DNA of 64,000 nt from a virus. The notes beneath the pieces are model-generated. The model did not search any database. It saw nothing but the letters and a program-made list of their open reading frames with translations, and was not told the origin of the DNA. The DNA lies in IMG/VR virus record IMGVR_UViG_3300045988_175036, positions 32,001 through 96,000 of that record. One strand, written 5' to 3'. Position numbers and translations under genes: made by a program. Below are positions 32,540-42,684 of this stretch, one piece after another; position 1 is the first letter of the stretch; each line of letters begins with the position of its first letter.

Positions 32540-33594
32540 TACACTTTTACTCTCTCCTTTATCAGTTGACGAAAGATTTCTTCTCCTTCATCAGCTGGGC
32601 TGTCTTTCTTTTTTGTTATATTTTTTCTGTCATAAACAAAAGAAAATCTACAATAATTTTTATATTTATTACAAATCTTCCAAAGTTTTTCAAAATATTC
32701 TGTGCTTCCTTCTTTTTCTTCGTTATCCAAACAAAGAATAATTTCTCTTGGGTGCGCGAACCGCATCAAAAGGTCAACTTGGTATTTATTGAACTGACTG
32801 CCACAAATGGCCACCGCACAATTCGGTGTAGAAAAATTTTCAGAAAGAAGTACAGACTTTTCCGCTTCAAACACATAGCAAATGCCTCTTTCTTCAATAT
32901 TTTTCCTATTCTGAAAAAGTCCATACAAATTGAAAGAGAGAGGATGAGAATACCAAGTATTTTCTACCTGAATTGGCATATATTTACCAACATTTTCAAC
33001 TTCCCATTCATCGAGCGCGCGCCCTCTAATTCCAACTAGTTTTCCATTTACATCAAAATGAGGAATAATAATTTTATTCTGAATTGGTGAATAAAGTATC
33101 CCATACTTATCCATTGTTTGTGCCGTAATTCCTTCTTCCAACCATTCAACTGGATAATAATGTTGAAAAGTTTCAAGAACCTTAGAAGAAAATTCTGGGA
33201 GTTCACGTCGGAGTTTTTGTCCGACATACTTGTCTTTATTACTTTTATATTTTGTTTTTAGCTCTTTTTCCTCAGCAAAGTAAGATTGGTTATAGCTTTG
33301 GATAAAACTATAAATATCTTGATACCAATCAAAGACTACTTCACGCGTCTCATACCAATGTTCAACAAATTGAAATATTGACATTGCACCGCACGAACTA
33401 TAGCAGTAAAAAAGATGGGTGTTCTTATAGTAATAAAGTTTCCAAGAAGCCTCGTCTACATTTAGATTGTGACAAGCTGTTTTACAAAGTAAAAAATCTC
33501 CTTTATCAATCCAAGGAACTTCTAACTTATCTAAAATTTTTTCAATATCCTCTGGTTCAAGATTTTCAATTATTTCTTTATAATTGATTGCCAT
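32539..33594 (-). CDS. dnaG: DNA primase (DnaG-like, zinc finger + Toprim)
   Basis: CKTACHN...CYSSCG zinc finger. VFEAEKSVLL and LCLDNEEKEG Toprim motifs. Confidence 0.8.
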   Translation of the reverse strand: MAINYKEIIENLEPEDIEKILDKLEVPWIDKGDFLLCKTACHNLNVDEASWKLYYYKNTHLFYCYSSCGAMSIFQFVEHWYETREVVFDWYQDIYSFIQSYNQSYFAEEKELKTKYKSNKDKYVGQKLRRELPEFSSKVLETFQHYYPVEWLEEGITAQTMDKYGILYSPIQNKIIIPHFDVNGKLVGIRGRALDEWEVENVGKYMPIQVENTWYSHPLSFNLYGLFQNRKNIEERGICYVFEAEKSVLLSENFSTPNCAVAICGSQFNKYQVDLLMRFAHPREIILCLDNEEKEGSTEYFEKLWKICNKYKNYCRFSFVYDRKNITKKKDSPADEGEEIFRQLIKERVKV

Positions 33595-35156
33595 CAGTTC
33601 TTTCCTTTCTTGTTGATTTCTTTTAAGAACTCTTCATCTTCTTTTGAAAGCTCCCAATTTACGAGGCCGCGCGCCTCATCTTCTGTGAGTTCTGGTATAG
33701 GCCGCATATAACGGTCTGTCACAAAAAGATCACGTTTGCGAAGCGTTCCAGCATTGAATTGACTCCAAATTCTAACCTGTGTCCATCGACCAGAACGAAC
33801 TTTGAAAACGTCTGTTACCATATCTGGAATAATACCTTGGTCAAGAACTCCATCTTGATTGAGAATTTCAATTTCATCTTTTGTTGGTCGTGCACAAATT
33901 ACACCATTGTCTGCTTTGTTGATGGTTGCTCGACCGCCAGCAAGAGAAGCTTCGTTTCGTATATCAGTATTATCATCAGCTTTTGCATTGACTTGAGTTG
34001 AAGTAAAGACACAGACGTTTTGTTCAATTGCAAGGTCTTTGAGAGCAGTAGTCATAAGTAAAAGCAGTTCATCATTACGCAATGAGTGCCCACGAAATTC
34101 TTCAAGCAGTTTTGGAGAAATAAAGATATAATCATAAAATACATATCGACTTCCATAAAGGATTACCTGTTCACGCACCATATTTTTGATTTGTTCAATT
34201 GATGGGTCGGGAATTCTCATCAACTTCAATGTCTTATAATGCTTGATAATCTTGCGCGCAGTCTCTATTCTCTCTAATTCGTCTTTTGAAAAATCTCCAT
34301 AACGGAATCTACTTCTTTCAATTCCGGTCAAATATCCTAGAACCATTTGAATAATTTGTTCTGGCTTTTGCTCTGTCATTATGAAAAGAACTGGTTCTGT
34401 ATTACCTACTCTAATCCATTTTCTTTTATAGTCATCATAATAAAAAGGAAACGCTAATCGACAAGCATCAGCTACAGCCTGCGCGCTCTTGCCTCCACCA
34501 CTTCCACTACTACGGATAGTTAGCGCACCAAGTTCCGCCCCATTTATGATATGAGAAAAAATATCTCCATTTACTGGAAGACCAATTCCTTCTGAAGCTC
34601 CGAAGCTATCAATCACATCATCTACTTCTTCTTCTAGGTTCCACGACTGTATTTCATCATTTTCGCTATAATTTTGTTCTAGCTTTAGAATTTTAGACTT
34701 AACCTTTTGAAGGATTTTTTCAATTGTTAATTCTTCAAAGTTCTTGTTGACTTCAAAGGCTTCTGGCTTTGTTTCATCTTCAATAAAAAACTCACTTGTG
34801 TCAACGCCCATTTTTTGAAGAGAATTCAATAAGCTAATCTTTTTTAGACGGCGATAATAAAGAAGAAAATTATCTTCGTCTGTATAGTATTGCGCGTCTT
34901 GGAGGTATTCGATACCATGAGCCGTTTCAAAAGTAACGCGTGCAGACGCATTATTTTTTAGATAACCTTCAATATCAATAGGGGCAATACGTGTCGCGCC
35001 GTTTCGGTAAAGACCGTCGATTGCGGCGAAAATATATTTATCAAGTTTTGTTTGAAAGTCATCCGGAGTTAGTATATATTTGTCTGTATGACTAAGATAT
35101 TGGGGCTTTGCCATAAGTGCGCCGAGAACTTGCAGCACTGTATTTTTATCTGTCAT
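33594..35156 (-). CDS. dnaB: replicative DNA helicase (DnaB family)
   Basis: N-terminal VLQVLGALMAKPQYL. Walker A SGSGGGKSAQ. Sits next to the primase. Confidence 0.85.
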   Translation of the reverse strand: MTDKNTVLQVLGALMAKPQYLSHTDKYILTPDDFQTKLDKYIFAAIDGLYRNGATRIAPIDIEGYLKNNASARVTFETAHGIEYLQDAQYYTDEDNFLLYYRRLKKISLLNSLQKMGVDTSEFFIEDETKPEAFEVNKNFEELTIEKILQKVKSKILKLEQNYSENDEIQSWNLEEEVDDVIDSFGASEGIGLPVNGDIFSHIINGAELGALTIRSSGSGGGKSAQAVADACRLAFPFYYDDYKRKWIRVGNTEPVLFIMTEQKPEQIIQMVLGYLTGIERSRFRYGDFSKDELERIETARKIIKHYKTLKLMRIPDPSIEQIKNMVREQVILYGSRYVFYDYIFISPKLLEEFRGHSLRNDELLLLMTTALKDLAIEQNVCVFTSTQVNAKADDNTDIRNEASLAGGRATINKADNGVICARPTKDEIEILNQDGVLDQGIIPDMVTDVFKVRSGRWTQVRIWSQFNAGTLRKRDLFVTDRYMRPIPELTEDEARGLVNWELSKEDEEFLKEINKKGKN

Positions 35157-35692
35157 TCAATGTCCTCCAAGTTCCACTTTGGTTTTGCTTGAGTCTTTTC
35201 TTTTTTGACTTTACGGAGAGGAGCTTTCGCGCGGAGCTCTTCACGTTTTTTGATTTCTTCTTCAATAGAAGCAACGATGCCACGATTTTCTTGTTCTTTG
35301 CGCGACCAGTATTCGGTAGATTTGGCGTAAACATATGGAATAATTCCAAGGCCGCCATAGCTTTTCTCCCTATCTCCACCTTGAATTTCATAAAAATATT
35401 TCAAAGCAAAATAACATCCTTTATATGTTCCTTTTTTCTCTGATTTGATAAAGCTTTTGAAGAAAGCTTCGCATTTGAAAAAATCATATTTGATTTTTAG
35501 GTCGTGCGCGAGATAGTCATAAATACGGTCGCGCCATTGGTCGTCCTCATTTAGATTCGCTTTCTTCCAATTATCATAACAGGTTTTATGATAATAATAA
35601 TTCTTTGCAGGCATCACATAAATGGTGTCTAATCCATCAAGTTGGGCATCAAAGTATTGCCCACATAGTCGGCATTTGACTTCGTGTTTCAC
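35153..35692 (-). CDS. hypothetical zinc-ribbon protein (start moved to GTG 35692)
   Basis: CRLCGQ...YYHKTCY. The track ATG at 35764 lies inside an upstream terminator hairpin and upstream of the promoter. GTG 35692 follows GGAG. Confidence 0.5.
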   Translation of the reverse strand: MKHEVKCRLCGQYFDAQLDGLDTIYVMPAKNYYYHKTCYDNWKKANLNEDDQWRDRIYDYLAHDLKIKYDFFKCEAFFKSFIKSEKKGTYKGCYFALKYFYEIQGGDREKSYGGLGIIPYVYAKSTEYWSRKEQENRGIVASIEEEIKKREELRAKAPLRKVKKEKTQAKPKWNLEDIE

Positions 35693-35723
35693 TCTATCAA
35701 CTCCAATTCTTTTCCTTTCTAAT

Positions 35724-35752
35724 ATTATATCATAAATTTCGTAAAAATACAA
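35724..35752 (-). promoter_or_regulatory. promoter (TTGTAT-N17-TGaTATAAT on minus strand)
   Basis: -10 at 35724-35729, TG extension at 35731-35732, -35 at 35747-35752. Confidence 0.6.
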
Positions 35753-35786
35753 ATTCAGAGGCATAGTCTTACACTATGCCTCTGAA
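35741..35786 (-). terminator. rho-independent terminator after the Sak4-like gene
   Basis: 13 bp stem (35754-35766 pairs with 35774-35786), then TTTGTATTTTT on the minus strand. Confidence 0.75.
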
Positions 35787-35797
35787 CATATATCTAT

Positions 35798-36700
35798 TTA
35801 GTTCATGCTGTCACGTAGATCGCGCAGGTCAAGAAGAGCTAAGTATAGAAGGTCTACTTGATCTTCAGTAACTTCCGAAAGCTTCATCTTTCGGCCAAAA
35901 ATCATCTCAACCTTCTTTGACATTGTGCGAACAATATCCGTCTTATCCTCGTCCGTTTGTGCCTTATTTACAAGCGAAGTCCAAATTTCACGAGCTTCGC
36001 TCATGGTGGCGTTGAAGTCGTGCTTTTCATTGGTAATAATTGGAGCATTGTCAACAACACGTGCGCCATTCTTTTCTTCCATATCAATTGCATCAGCCAA
36101 AGCTTTTTCAAACTCATGGAAGCCAAAGGGAATACGTGGCGATAAAAAACGGAAACGACTTCCTGCTGTAACCGTCGGAGTAGAGCGAGTTTGTATCCAG
36201 CGCTCACTTTCACCCTTCTCATTCCATGTCTGCGTGATAATCGCGATGACATCGACGAGGCTATTGACGATTTTTAAACAACGGTTATTAAGGTCAGGCT
36301 TCGCACTAATAAGCTTGCCCTCCTCGTCATAAGTCTCTTTCAAGTGACACGTCATAAGAAGGCCATACCGTATCATAGTAATTTTGCGGAGGGAATTTTC
36401 AAATTCTTTCGACAGTTGAGCATATCCCCCGCCATAGGGGATGTCCCCAATCTTAGATACTCCATTTTGCGCACAAACAAATTGTTCACACAAATCAAAC
36501 AATATGCCAATAGTATCAATGCAAATCGTCTGATATAGTTCTTTTGCTTGCGGTTTTTCAAGCTGTCGAAGAACAAGTTTCCACTCGCTCCAAGTAGTAA
36601 CTGGCTGAACCATCGCATTGCCTTGAGCGTTGGTTCCAATCTCAGTCGCTATGATGAGAGCTTTGTCGCTTTGGCAACAAAATTCTGTTTTACCTATCTT
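35798..36700 (-). CDS. Sak4-like / AAA_24 recombination ATPase, exon 2
   Basis: Begins KIGKTEFCCQ..., the second half of a Walker A. ICIDTIG is Walker-B-like. The track start TTG 36703 is preceded by an in-frame TAA. Confidence 0.75.
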   Translation of the reverse strand, partial: KIGKTEFCCQSDKALIIATEIGTNAQGNAMVQPVTTWSEWKLVLRQLEKPQAKELYQTICIDTIGILFDLCEQFVCAQNGVSKIGDIPYGGGYAQLSKEFENSLRKITMIRYGLLMTCHLKETYDEEGKLISAKPDLNNRCLKIVNSLVDVIAIITQTWNEKGESERWIQTRSTPTVTAGSRFRFLSPRIPFGFHEFEKALADAIDMEEKNGARVVDNAPIITNEKHDFNATMSEAREIWTSLVNKAQTDEDKTDIVRTMSKKVEMIFGRKMKLSEVTEDQVDLLYLALLDLRDLRDSMN

Positions 36701-36952
36701 CAATTATGTTATCGTAAGGGCTTTTTATCCCTTACTTCTTATACTTCATTTCGTATAAGTTCAGCATATCTTTTCACCCGCTATTGTGCGGGGACGCGGC
36801 CTCTTGGATGGATTATATCTTTTCACCATCTATGCGTTGCGGCTGGGCTGACTTTACCAGTCCTTCGCCTCTGATTAGCGTCTCAGCTTTCCAGTTTTTC
36901 TCCGCGTTTCTCTATTGATTGTTACCAATCAACCGCCCCAGATTATGGTCGA
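36701..36952 (-). ncRNA. 252 nt group I-like intron splitting the Walker A of the Sak4-like gene
   Basis: 5' exon ends in U (..GCGCCU). Intron ends in G (..AUAAUUG). Intron GGGCG can pair with exon CGCCU (P1 with a U-G pair). Many hairpins, e.g. UUGAUUG-GUAA-CAAUCAA, CCCGC/GCGGG, GUAAGGG/CCCUUAC. ACGCGG/CCGCGU is a P3-like long-range pair. No sense-strand ORF. Confidence 0.65.
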
Positions 36953-37036
36953 AGGCGCGCCTGCCAAGAGCAGATATTTGCCACGAAGGTCCCTCGAAAT
37001 AACATTTGGTTGTAAAGAAAGAATATCAATACCCAT
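36953..37036 (-). CDS. Sak4-like ATPase, exon 1 (28 codons)
   Basis: ATG 37036 follows AGGGGGTAAGGGGA. Encodes MGIDILSLQPNVISRDLRGKYLLLAGAP. Joined to exon 2 it gives LLLAGAPKIGKTEF, a complete GxxxxGKT. Confidence 0.65.
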
Positions 37037-37053
37037 TCCCCTTACCCCCTAAA

Positions 37054-37974
37054 TTAGAAGCCTAGGTCGGCTCCAACATTAGAAAGGGAACTAGTTTGCG
37101 CGGGAGCCTTATGAGCACTCTTCTTACCTGCATCTGCCTTCATCTGGTCAAGACGAGCCTTGCGCTCGCGCATTGCCTGGACAAGGTCATCCATATCGTA
37201 TGCGGCATCACCTTCAAACGGTTCCTGAGAACCAGCAATTACAACCAGCTCCTTCACAGAAGTGGTCTTCATACGCTCCTGCGGCTCACCAAAACCAATC
37301 TGCTCAATAATCTTCTCAGTCGTAGAGGAGAAGTTGAGACGAACTGTTGCTTTAAAAGTCTTATCAGTCTCCCAATACTGCTCAATTGCTGCAACGACGT
37401 TGGGATTAGTGGCATGAAGCTTCATAATATCAACCTTGCCGCCATACTGCGGAACAATAGTAGTAATCTCAAGCTTCTTGGGGTCAAGTTCAACACCCTG
37501 CTCATCAACCATCGGCTTGATACTAGAAATAGCAAACATAATAGTAAATTCACAGGATGGCTTGAATTCGCCAGTCGCCTTATTTACAAAGGAAGCTTGG
37601 ATACGAGGAGTAGACACAAAACGTCCTTCTTGAGTATAGAACTCATTCATCTTAAGGGTCGCGCCAGTGATACGAATACGATCAGCCTCTTCTCTACCAA
37701 CGGCGGCAACGGACTTATACTCCTTCATCACAGTCTCAATACTCGTGTAAGCAGGATTTAGGGTCTTTCCATCCTTCTTATACTTCTGAGCATAAAGAGA
37801 AACTGGAATCTGATAAGTGACAGGTGCACCATTGACTTCCTTGTCAACTTCAACGGTAATCTCGCCGCCGACAGTATCAACCTTCTGTCCATTCTTCTCA
37901 AAAGAGCCATACTTTAGATTTGTCTCTAGTAGAATACCTTCAATCTTACCTCTATTTTCAGCTTGCTTTAGCAT
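37054..37974 (-). CDS. putative phage single-stranded DNA-binding protein
   Basis: Lies between the recombinase ATPase and a DNA-binding gene. 306 aa with a disordered tail ending ...VGADLGF, like SSB tips. No firm motif. Confidence 0.4.
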   Translation of the reverse strand: MLKQAENRGKIEGILLETNLKYGSFEKNGQKVDTVGGEITVEVDKEVNGAPVTYQIPVSLYAQKYKKDGKTLNPAYTSIETVMKEYKSVAAVGREEADRIRITGATLKMNEFYTQEGRFVSTPRIQASFVNKATGEFKPSCEFTIMFAISSIKPMVDEQGVELDPKKLEITTIVPQYGGKVDIMKLHATNPNVVAAIEQYWETDKTFKATVRLNFSSTTEKIIEQIGFGEPQERMKTTSVKELVVIAGSQEPFEGDAAYDMDDLVQAMRERKARLDQMKADAGKKSAHKAPAQTSSLSNVGADLGF

Positions 37975-38056
37975 TTATTTTTTTCTCCTTTTCAATTATT
38001 ATATTTGGCTCTTCAAATGGCGAGGCCAATAATAGCCTCGCCTATATGAATTCAAT

Positions 38057-38308
38057 TTACTCTGCGTCGTCAGAAGGGACGAAAGTCTTGCCAGCGTCAG
38101 TTAGAATGGCATATGCGACGGGCTTCTCGGCGCCCTCAACCTCTTCCTTCTCACGAACAACAAGATCCTTCTTAGTAAGGTCGAGAACGCTCGCGCCAAT
38201 AGAACGAGCGGAACGACCAGTAGCGTTAGCTAGCTCCTCGATAGACACTTTACCGCCATTATTCTTTAGATACTCAAAAACAATTTGACTCTTTTCAGTT
38301 AGCTTCAT
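38057..38308 (-). CDS. winged-helix DNA-binding protein
   Basis: VSIEELANATGRSARSIGASVLDLTKKDLVVRE is an HTH-like segment. Confidence 0.5.
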   Translation of the reverse strand: MKLTEKSQIVFEYLKNNGGKVSIEELANATGRSARSIGASVLDLTKKDLVVREKEEVEGAEKPVAYAILTDAGKTFVPSDDAE

Positions 38309-38415
38309 AATAACAATTTACTCCTTTTTTATTATAAAAATATATATTATAAATGAGCTTATGCCTCATTTATTCCATATCAAATAAGTTGTCACTCAAC
38401 TCATTTCATAATAAT

Positions 38416-38444
38416 ATTATACTCAAAATTCAAAAGAAAATCAA
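38416..38444 (-). promoter_or_regulatory. promoter (TTGATT-N17-TATAAT on minus strand)
   Basis: -10 at 38416-38421, -35 at 38439-38444. Upstream of 38308. Confidence 0.55.
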
Positions 38445-40801
38445 GAATTCAATCCAACTAAATTCTGAATTTTTTCTTTATCTTTCAATTTCATTACCTT
38501 CACGCCCATCGTTGCGCGCGATAATAAAGGAATTTCATTTATCTTTAGCCGAATTTGAGAAACATTAGAGACTACCAAAACTTCTTTGTCATCAATTAGC
38601 GGTAAGAAATCACAAAGTTTATCTGATTGCTGAATTGATTTTCCTTTTGTTGCGCGGCCGGTCAGCCCAAATTCTTCAATTGAAGTTCGTTTTGCTGAAC
38701 CATCTTCAGAAATTGATAAAATCTCTTTAGTCTCTTTTGGAATAACTCGCGCGGAAACAACATAGTCTCCTTCATTGAGCTTCATTCCTACAACGCCGCG
38801 CGTAACTCGTCCAATCGGACGGATATCAGAAGTGGAAATCATAATAAAGTTGCCAGAGTGGGACAAGACTCCAATATTTTCATCTCTTAAAATCAAAACA
38901 GAGACAATTGTATCATTTTCATCGAGTTTTATTGCCTGTGCACCATTACCTCTTTTTAGGTTATACTCAGACAAGGAAGATTTCTTCAAAATTCCATTCT
39001 TCGTAATAAAGACGATGTTAGAGGCTTGTTGTTCTTTCGATAAAATGACACTAGCACGCACCTGTTCATCTGACTGAAAAGACACAAATGTATTGAGGTA
39101 TTGCTTTTCACCAACTGAAAAATCGCCCATCTTCATTACATAAAAATGACCCTTATCAGTAAAGAACAGAATTTCATTTGTATTTTCTCCAACAAGCGTA
39201 TCAACCACATATTCACCTTTATCAAGTTTGAACTTTTGGCCGACGCCGTTGCGCCGTTGAGAATAAAGAGTTGACGTTTCATTGACGAAAACCGCACCGT
39301 CATTTGTAAAGGAGAGAGCTAGTTGCTTACGTTCGATTGTTTCTTCTTCGTTCGAGATATTCAAAATTTTTGTGCGCCGCGCGTCACCAAATTTCTCAGC
39401 GACTTCGCGCAGTCCTCTTTCAATTTCTTTCTTCAAAAGATTTTCATCAGCAAGAATTGCTTCAATGCGTGCGAGTTCTTTTTCTAGTTCTGTCTTTTCA
39501 CTCATCAACTTAGAAACATCAAGATGGGTGAGACGAGAGAGTTTTAGGTCAAGGATTGCTTTTGCTTGGGTTTCATCAATATCTAATAGCCGCTGAAGTC
39601 CAATCGACGCATTTTTTGTATCCGCAGCCTTTTTGATAGTCTCAACAACTTTATCAATCATTGAAATCGCTTTGATAAGTGCTTCAAGGATATGAAGTCG
39701 CGCACGAATTTTGCGTCGATCAAACTGAAAACAATTTATATAAACAGTTTTCTCGTGGTCAAGGTGCGATTGGAATAGCGCACGCTGTCCCATCACAACA
39801 GGATAGAGGCCCTTATCAAGAACCGTCATATTGATGGCAAAGAAAGTTTCAAGAGAAGTATTCTTATAAAGATATTTCAAAACTCTCTCAGGAGAAGACC
39901 CTTTCGAGAGAAAAATTCTCAAGTCTGCGTGTTCACCGGTATAGTCAGCAAAATCACGAATACCACAGCTTTCATTTTCTTCAATTAGATTTGCAAGTTC
40001 TTTACAGATGGTATTTGTAAAAGTTGAATACGGCATTTCTCTAACGATAAAACATCTATCTTTTGATTCCCATTCGATGCTCGCGCGCACTTTACACGCG
40101 GAACCATTTCCAACTAAAAGACTTTTTCTAACTTCATCTTTATTTAGAAGTGTCGCGCCTGTTGGAAAGTCTGGGTAACAAAGAATTTCATCATCTGGAA
40201 TATTAGGGTTCCAAAGAAGCTTTATCATTGCTTCATTGGTTTCTCTAAGATTAAGTGGTGGCAAACTACTTGACATACCACTGCCAATCGAAATACAACC
40301 ATTGACGCCATTCCAAAAACCTTTCGCGGGAAGTACTTTTGGGAATTTTCCTTCCATATCATAGGTGTCTTCCCATTCATCAATAATTCCTTTTTCCAAG
40401 TCTTTCAAAAGTTGATATGCAATTTCAGACCCGCGCAGTTCAACATAACGGTCAGCAGAGTGGTCATTCGGGTTCATCAAAGTACCATAGTTGCCATTAG
40501 CTTCTTGGAGGGGAACTCGATAAGCAAAAGGTTTAGCCATACGAATAAGTGTGCCATATGCAGAGGCAGGTCCATGTGTATAACTAAAGCTAGTAGCCTG
40601 TGCGACTGACTTTGCGGCCTTTTTGAAAGGCTTATCATAAGTGAGCTTTGCAAGGTATTGCGCATGAAGAAGCTTTCGCGCGCCCCACTTACAGCCATCG
40701 CGCGCGTCAGGTAGTGCGCGGCGTTGGAGGTTATAGCCAGCAAAATCGAGGAAATCTTCCTCAAAGACTTCTTGTGCATCTCTATCAATAAAATCTTCCA
40801 C
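38441..40801 (-). CDS. type IIA DNA topoisomerase subunit A (GyrA/ParC-like)
   Basis: PDARDGCKWGARKLLHA, HGPASAYGTLIRMAKPF, and the active-site Tyr context DRYVELR. C-terminal repeat domain. Confidence 0.9.
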   Translation of the reverse strand: MEDFIDRDAQEVFEEDFLDFAGYNLQRRALPDARDGCKWGARKLLHAQYLAKLTYDKPFKKAAKSVAQATSFSYTHGPASAYGTLIRMAKPFAYRVPLQEANGNYGTLMNPNDHSADRYVELRGSEIAYQLLKDLEKGIIDEWEDTYDMEGKFPKVLPAKGFWNGVNGCISIGSGMSSSLPPLNLRETNEAMIKLLWNPNIPDDEILCYPDFPTGATLLNKDEVRKSLLVGNGSACKVRASIEWESKDRCFIVREMPYSTFTNTICKELANLIEENESCGIRDFADYTGEHADLRIFLSKGSSPERVLKYLYKNTSLETFFAINMTVLDKGLYPVVMGQRALFQSHLDHEKTVYINCFQFDRRKIRARLHILEALIKAISMIDKVVETIKKAADTKNASIGLQRLLDIDETQAKAILDLKLSRLTHLDVSKLMSEKTELEKELARIEAILADENLLKKEIERGLREVAEKFGDARRTKILNISNEEETIERKQLALSFTNDGAVFVNETSTLYSQRRNGVGQKFKLDKGEYVVDTLVGENTNEILFFTDKGHFYVMKMGDFSVGEKQYLNTFVSFQSDEQVRASVILSKEQQASNIVFITKNGILKKSSLSEYNLKRGNGAQAIKLDENDTIVSVLILRDENIGVLSHSGNFIMISTSDIRPIGRVTRGVVGMKLNEGDYVVSARVIPKETKEILSISEDGSAKRTSIEEFGLTGRATKGKSIQQSDKLCDFLPLIDDKEVLVVSNVSQIRLKINEIPLLSRATMGVKVMKLKDKEKIQNLVGLNS

Positions 40802-40812
40802 TATAATCCTCC

Positions 40813-42684
40813 TTATTCACAAATATTTGAAAAATCAACATTCTTCATAATAAATTGCTTTCTTTCTTCTACGTTTGGTCCCATCAGCATATTCATCATC
40901 TCTGAATATCTTTCAAAGTCTTCAATTTGAACGCGTTCCCACCTGCGCTGGGCGCCAAAAACACTTTCTTTTGTTTCTTGAGGCGTATTCTCACCAATAC
41001 CTTTTTTACGACTAATTTCTTTTGGCTTTCCATTTTTCTTTAGAAGCATATCTCTTTCTTCTTCACTAAACGCATAGAGGGTCTTATCTTTATATCGTAA
41101 AACAAAAAGGGGCATTTTCATTCTAAACAAACGCCCTTCTTTTATAAACTGAGGACACATATAGAAGAAAAGCGTTGTAATTAGATTTGAAATGGATGCA
41201 CCATCAACGTCAGCGTCAGAAGCGCAAGCGACATATTGGTAACGAAGCTTTTTTGAGTTATAATTATTGAAGAAACCACAGCCTAGCGCAGAAAAAATTG
41301 CCTTGACTTCCTCATTCTGTAGAATTTTTTCTTGGTCATGCTTCAGAGCAGAAATGATTTTGCCTCGGATGGGAAGAAGGGCTACTCGATCGATAGGTCG
41401 GCCTTGGGCGAGTGCGCCAAGAGCACTATCACCCTCTGTTATAGCTAAAATTGAGCCGTTCTCTGGCCCATGAATTTGGCAGTCCTTCAATTTATCGGCA
41501 AGAATTGCACGTTTTTTCTTTTCGTTGTTGATTTCTTTTTCTGTCTCTAAGACTTGGCGGCGCGCACGTTCCGCAGCAGCATCGGCTTTTACTTCTTTCA
41601 AAAGTAAGTCCAAAATTTTCTGAAATTCATCAGAATGTTTTCGCTCAAAATCTTCAAGCATTTGGGTGGTCGCGCGCTGGCAGAGACCTCTAAGTTCAGG
41701 CGTATTTACCTTCGTCTTGGTTTGATTAGCAAAAGACGGATTTGGTACTTTACAGCTGACAGCATAAAGTAAACCTTTGCGTAAAGTATCAGGAGAGCCT
41801 TCTCCTTTGATTTTCTTCTTGAAGAAGTTCGTCAAAGCTGTTTTTACGCCAGTTAGAGATGTTCCACCATTCGAATTTTCAAGTCCATTCGTAAAAGTAA
41901 AAGAAGTCTCAGCACGACTATCTGTCCATTCCATTACAATTTCAGTTTCAATTTGGTCTTCCTTTAGAATAATATGAAGTGGAGTCTTGTGAATTGTCTT
42001 CGCACCACTATTTTTGAGAAAATCAAGTAAACCATTTTTAGATTGGTACTCTATTTTTTCACCCGTCAAATCATTATTGAGAATGAAAACAATTTGAGGA
42101 TAAAGATATGACCAATCACGGCACATTTTTTTAATATCTTCAAATTTTATTGAAATTGGTTCAAGATGATATACTTCTTGAGATGGGATGAAGGAAACAA
42201 TTGTCCCATGATATTTTGAGTCAGTGGGAGAAATCATAAAACTTTCTTTGATACCTTTTTCTAGGCAGAGATAAGCCACTTGCCCATCACGAGTACTCCA
42301 CACTTCAAAGATATCACTAGTGAGAGCAGTGCCTTTTGCTCCAATACCGTTCAATCCGGCCACGTTCTGATAAACTTTATCAGAAAATTTACCGCCAGAA
42401 TGGGGCATTGTATAAATAGCTTCAAGGGCTTCTGTGCCATCCTCACGCTTACCAAATGGCGCGCCACGTCCATTATCGCGGATTGTAACTCGATTATTTT
42501 TAGAAAGAGTGACTTCAATTTCATTGCCATAGCCCATAGTCGCTTCGTCTATGGAATTCGTAATAATTTCACGGATACATTGAAGAACACCTTGATTATC
42601 TTCACTACCCATATACATTGCCGCGCGCGAGCGTATTGCATCACGGAATGAGAGCGTTTCTATCGAATTAGCATCATAACTCAT
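40813..42684 (-). CDS. type IIA DNA topoisomerase subunit B (GyrB/ParE-like)
   Basis: EIITNSIDEA, GLNGIGAKG, Toprim ITEGDSALG, and SDADVDGASI. Confidence 0.95.
   Translation of the reverse strand: MSYDANSIETLSFRDAIRSRAAMYMGSEDNQGVLQCIREIITNSIDEATMGYGNEIEVTLSKNNRVTIRDNGRGAPFGKREDGTEALEAIYTMPHSGGKFSDKVYQNVAGLNGIGAKGTALTSDIFEVWSTRDGQVAYLCLEKGIKESFMISPTDSKYHGTIVSFIPSQEVYHLEPISIKFEDIKKMCRDWSYLYPQIVFILNNDLTGEKIEYQSKNGLLDFLKNSGAKTIHKTPLHIILKEDQIETEIVMEWTDSRAETSFTFTNGLENSNGGTSLTGVKTALTNFFKKKIKGEGSPDTLRKGLLYAVSCKVPNPSFANQTKTKVNTPELRGLCQRATTQMLEDFERKHSDEFQKILDLLLKEVKADAAAERARRQVLETEKEINNEKKKRAILADKLKDCQIHGPENGSILAITEGDSALGALAQGRPIDRVALLPIRGKIISALKHDQEKILQNEEVKAIFSALGCGFFNNYNSKKLRYQYVACASDADVDGASISNLITTLFFYMCPQFIKEGRLFRMKMPLFVLRYKDKTLYAFSEEERDMLLKKNGKPKEISRKKGIGENTPQETKESVFGAQRRWERVQIEDFERYSEMMNMLMGPNVEERKQFIMKNVDFSNICE

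Noticed and set aside
35762-35764. ATG 35764 as the start of the zinc-ribbon gene, and similarly the longest-ORF starts at 19235, 23861, 44254, 44871, 48285, 49518, 49720, 52387, 53447 and 57471
   Set aside because: These upstream starts lack an RBS and overlap neighbouring genes, terminators or promoters. Internal ATG/GTG/TTG codons preceded by GGAGG-like sites fit the operon packing better.
36548-36874. 108 aa plus-strand ORF in the gap between the Sak4-like and SSB-like genes
   Set aside because: It is antisense to the proposed intron, has no RBS, and runs opposite to the whole operon. The exon 1/intron/exon 2 model explains the gap better.
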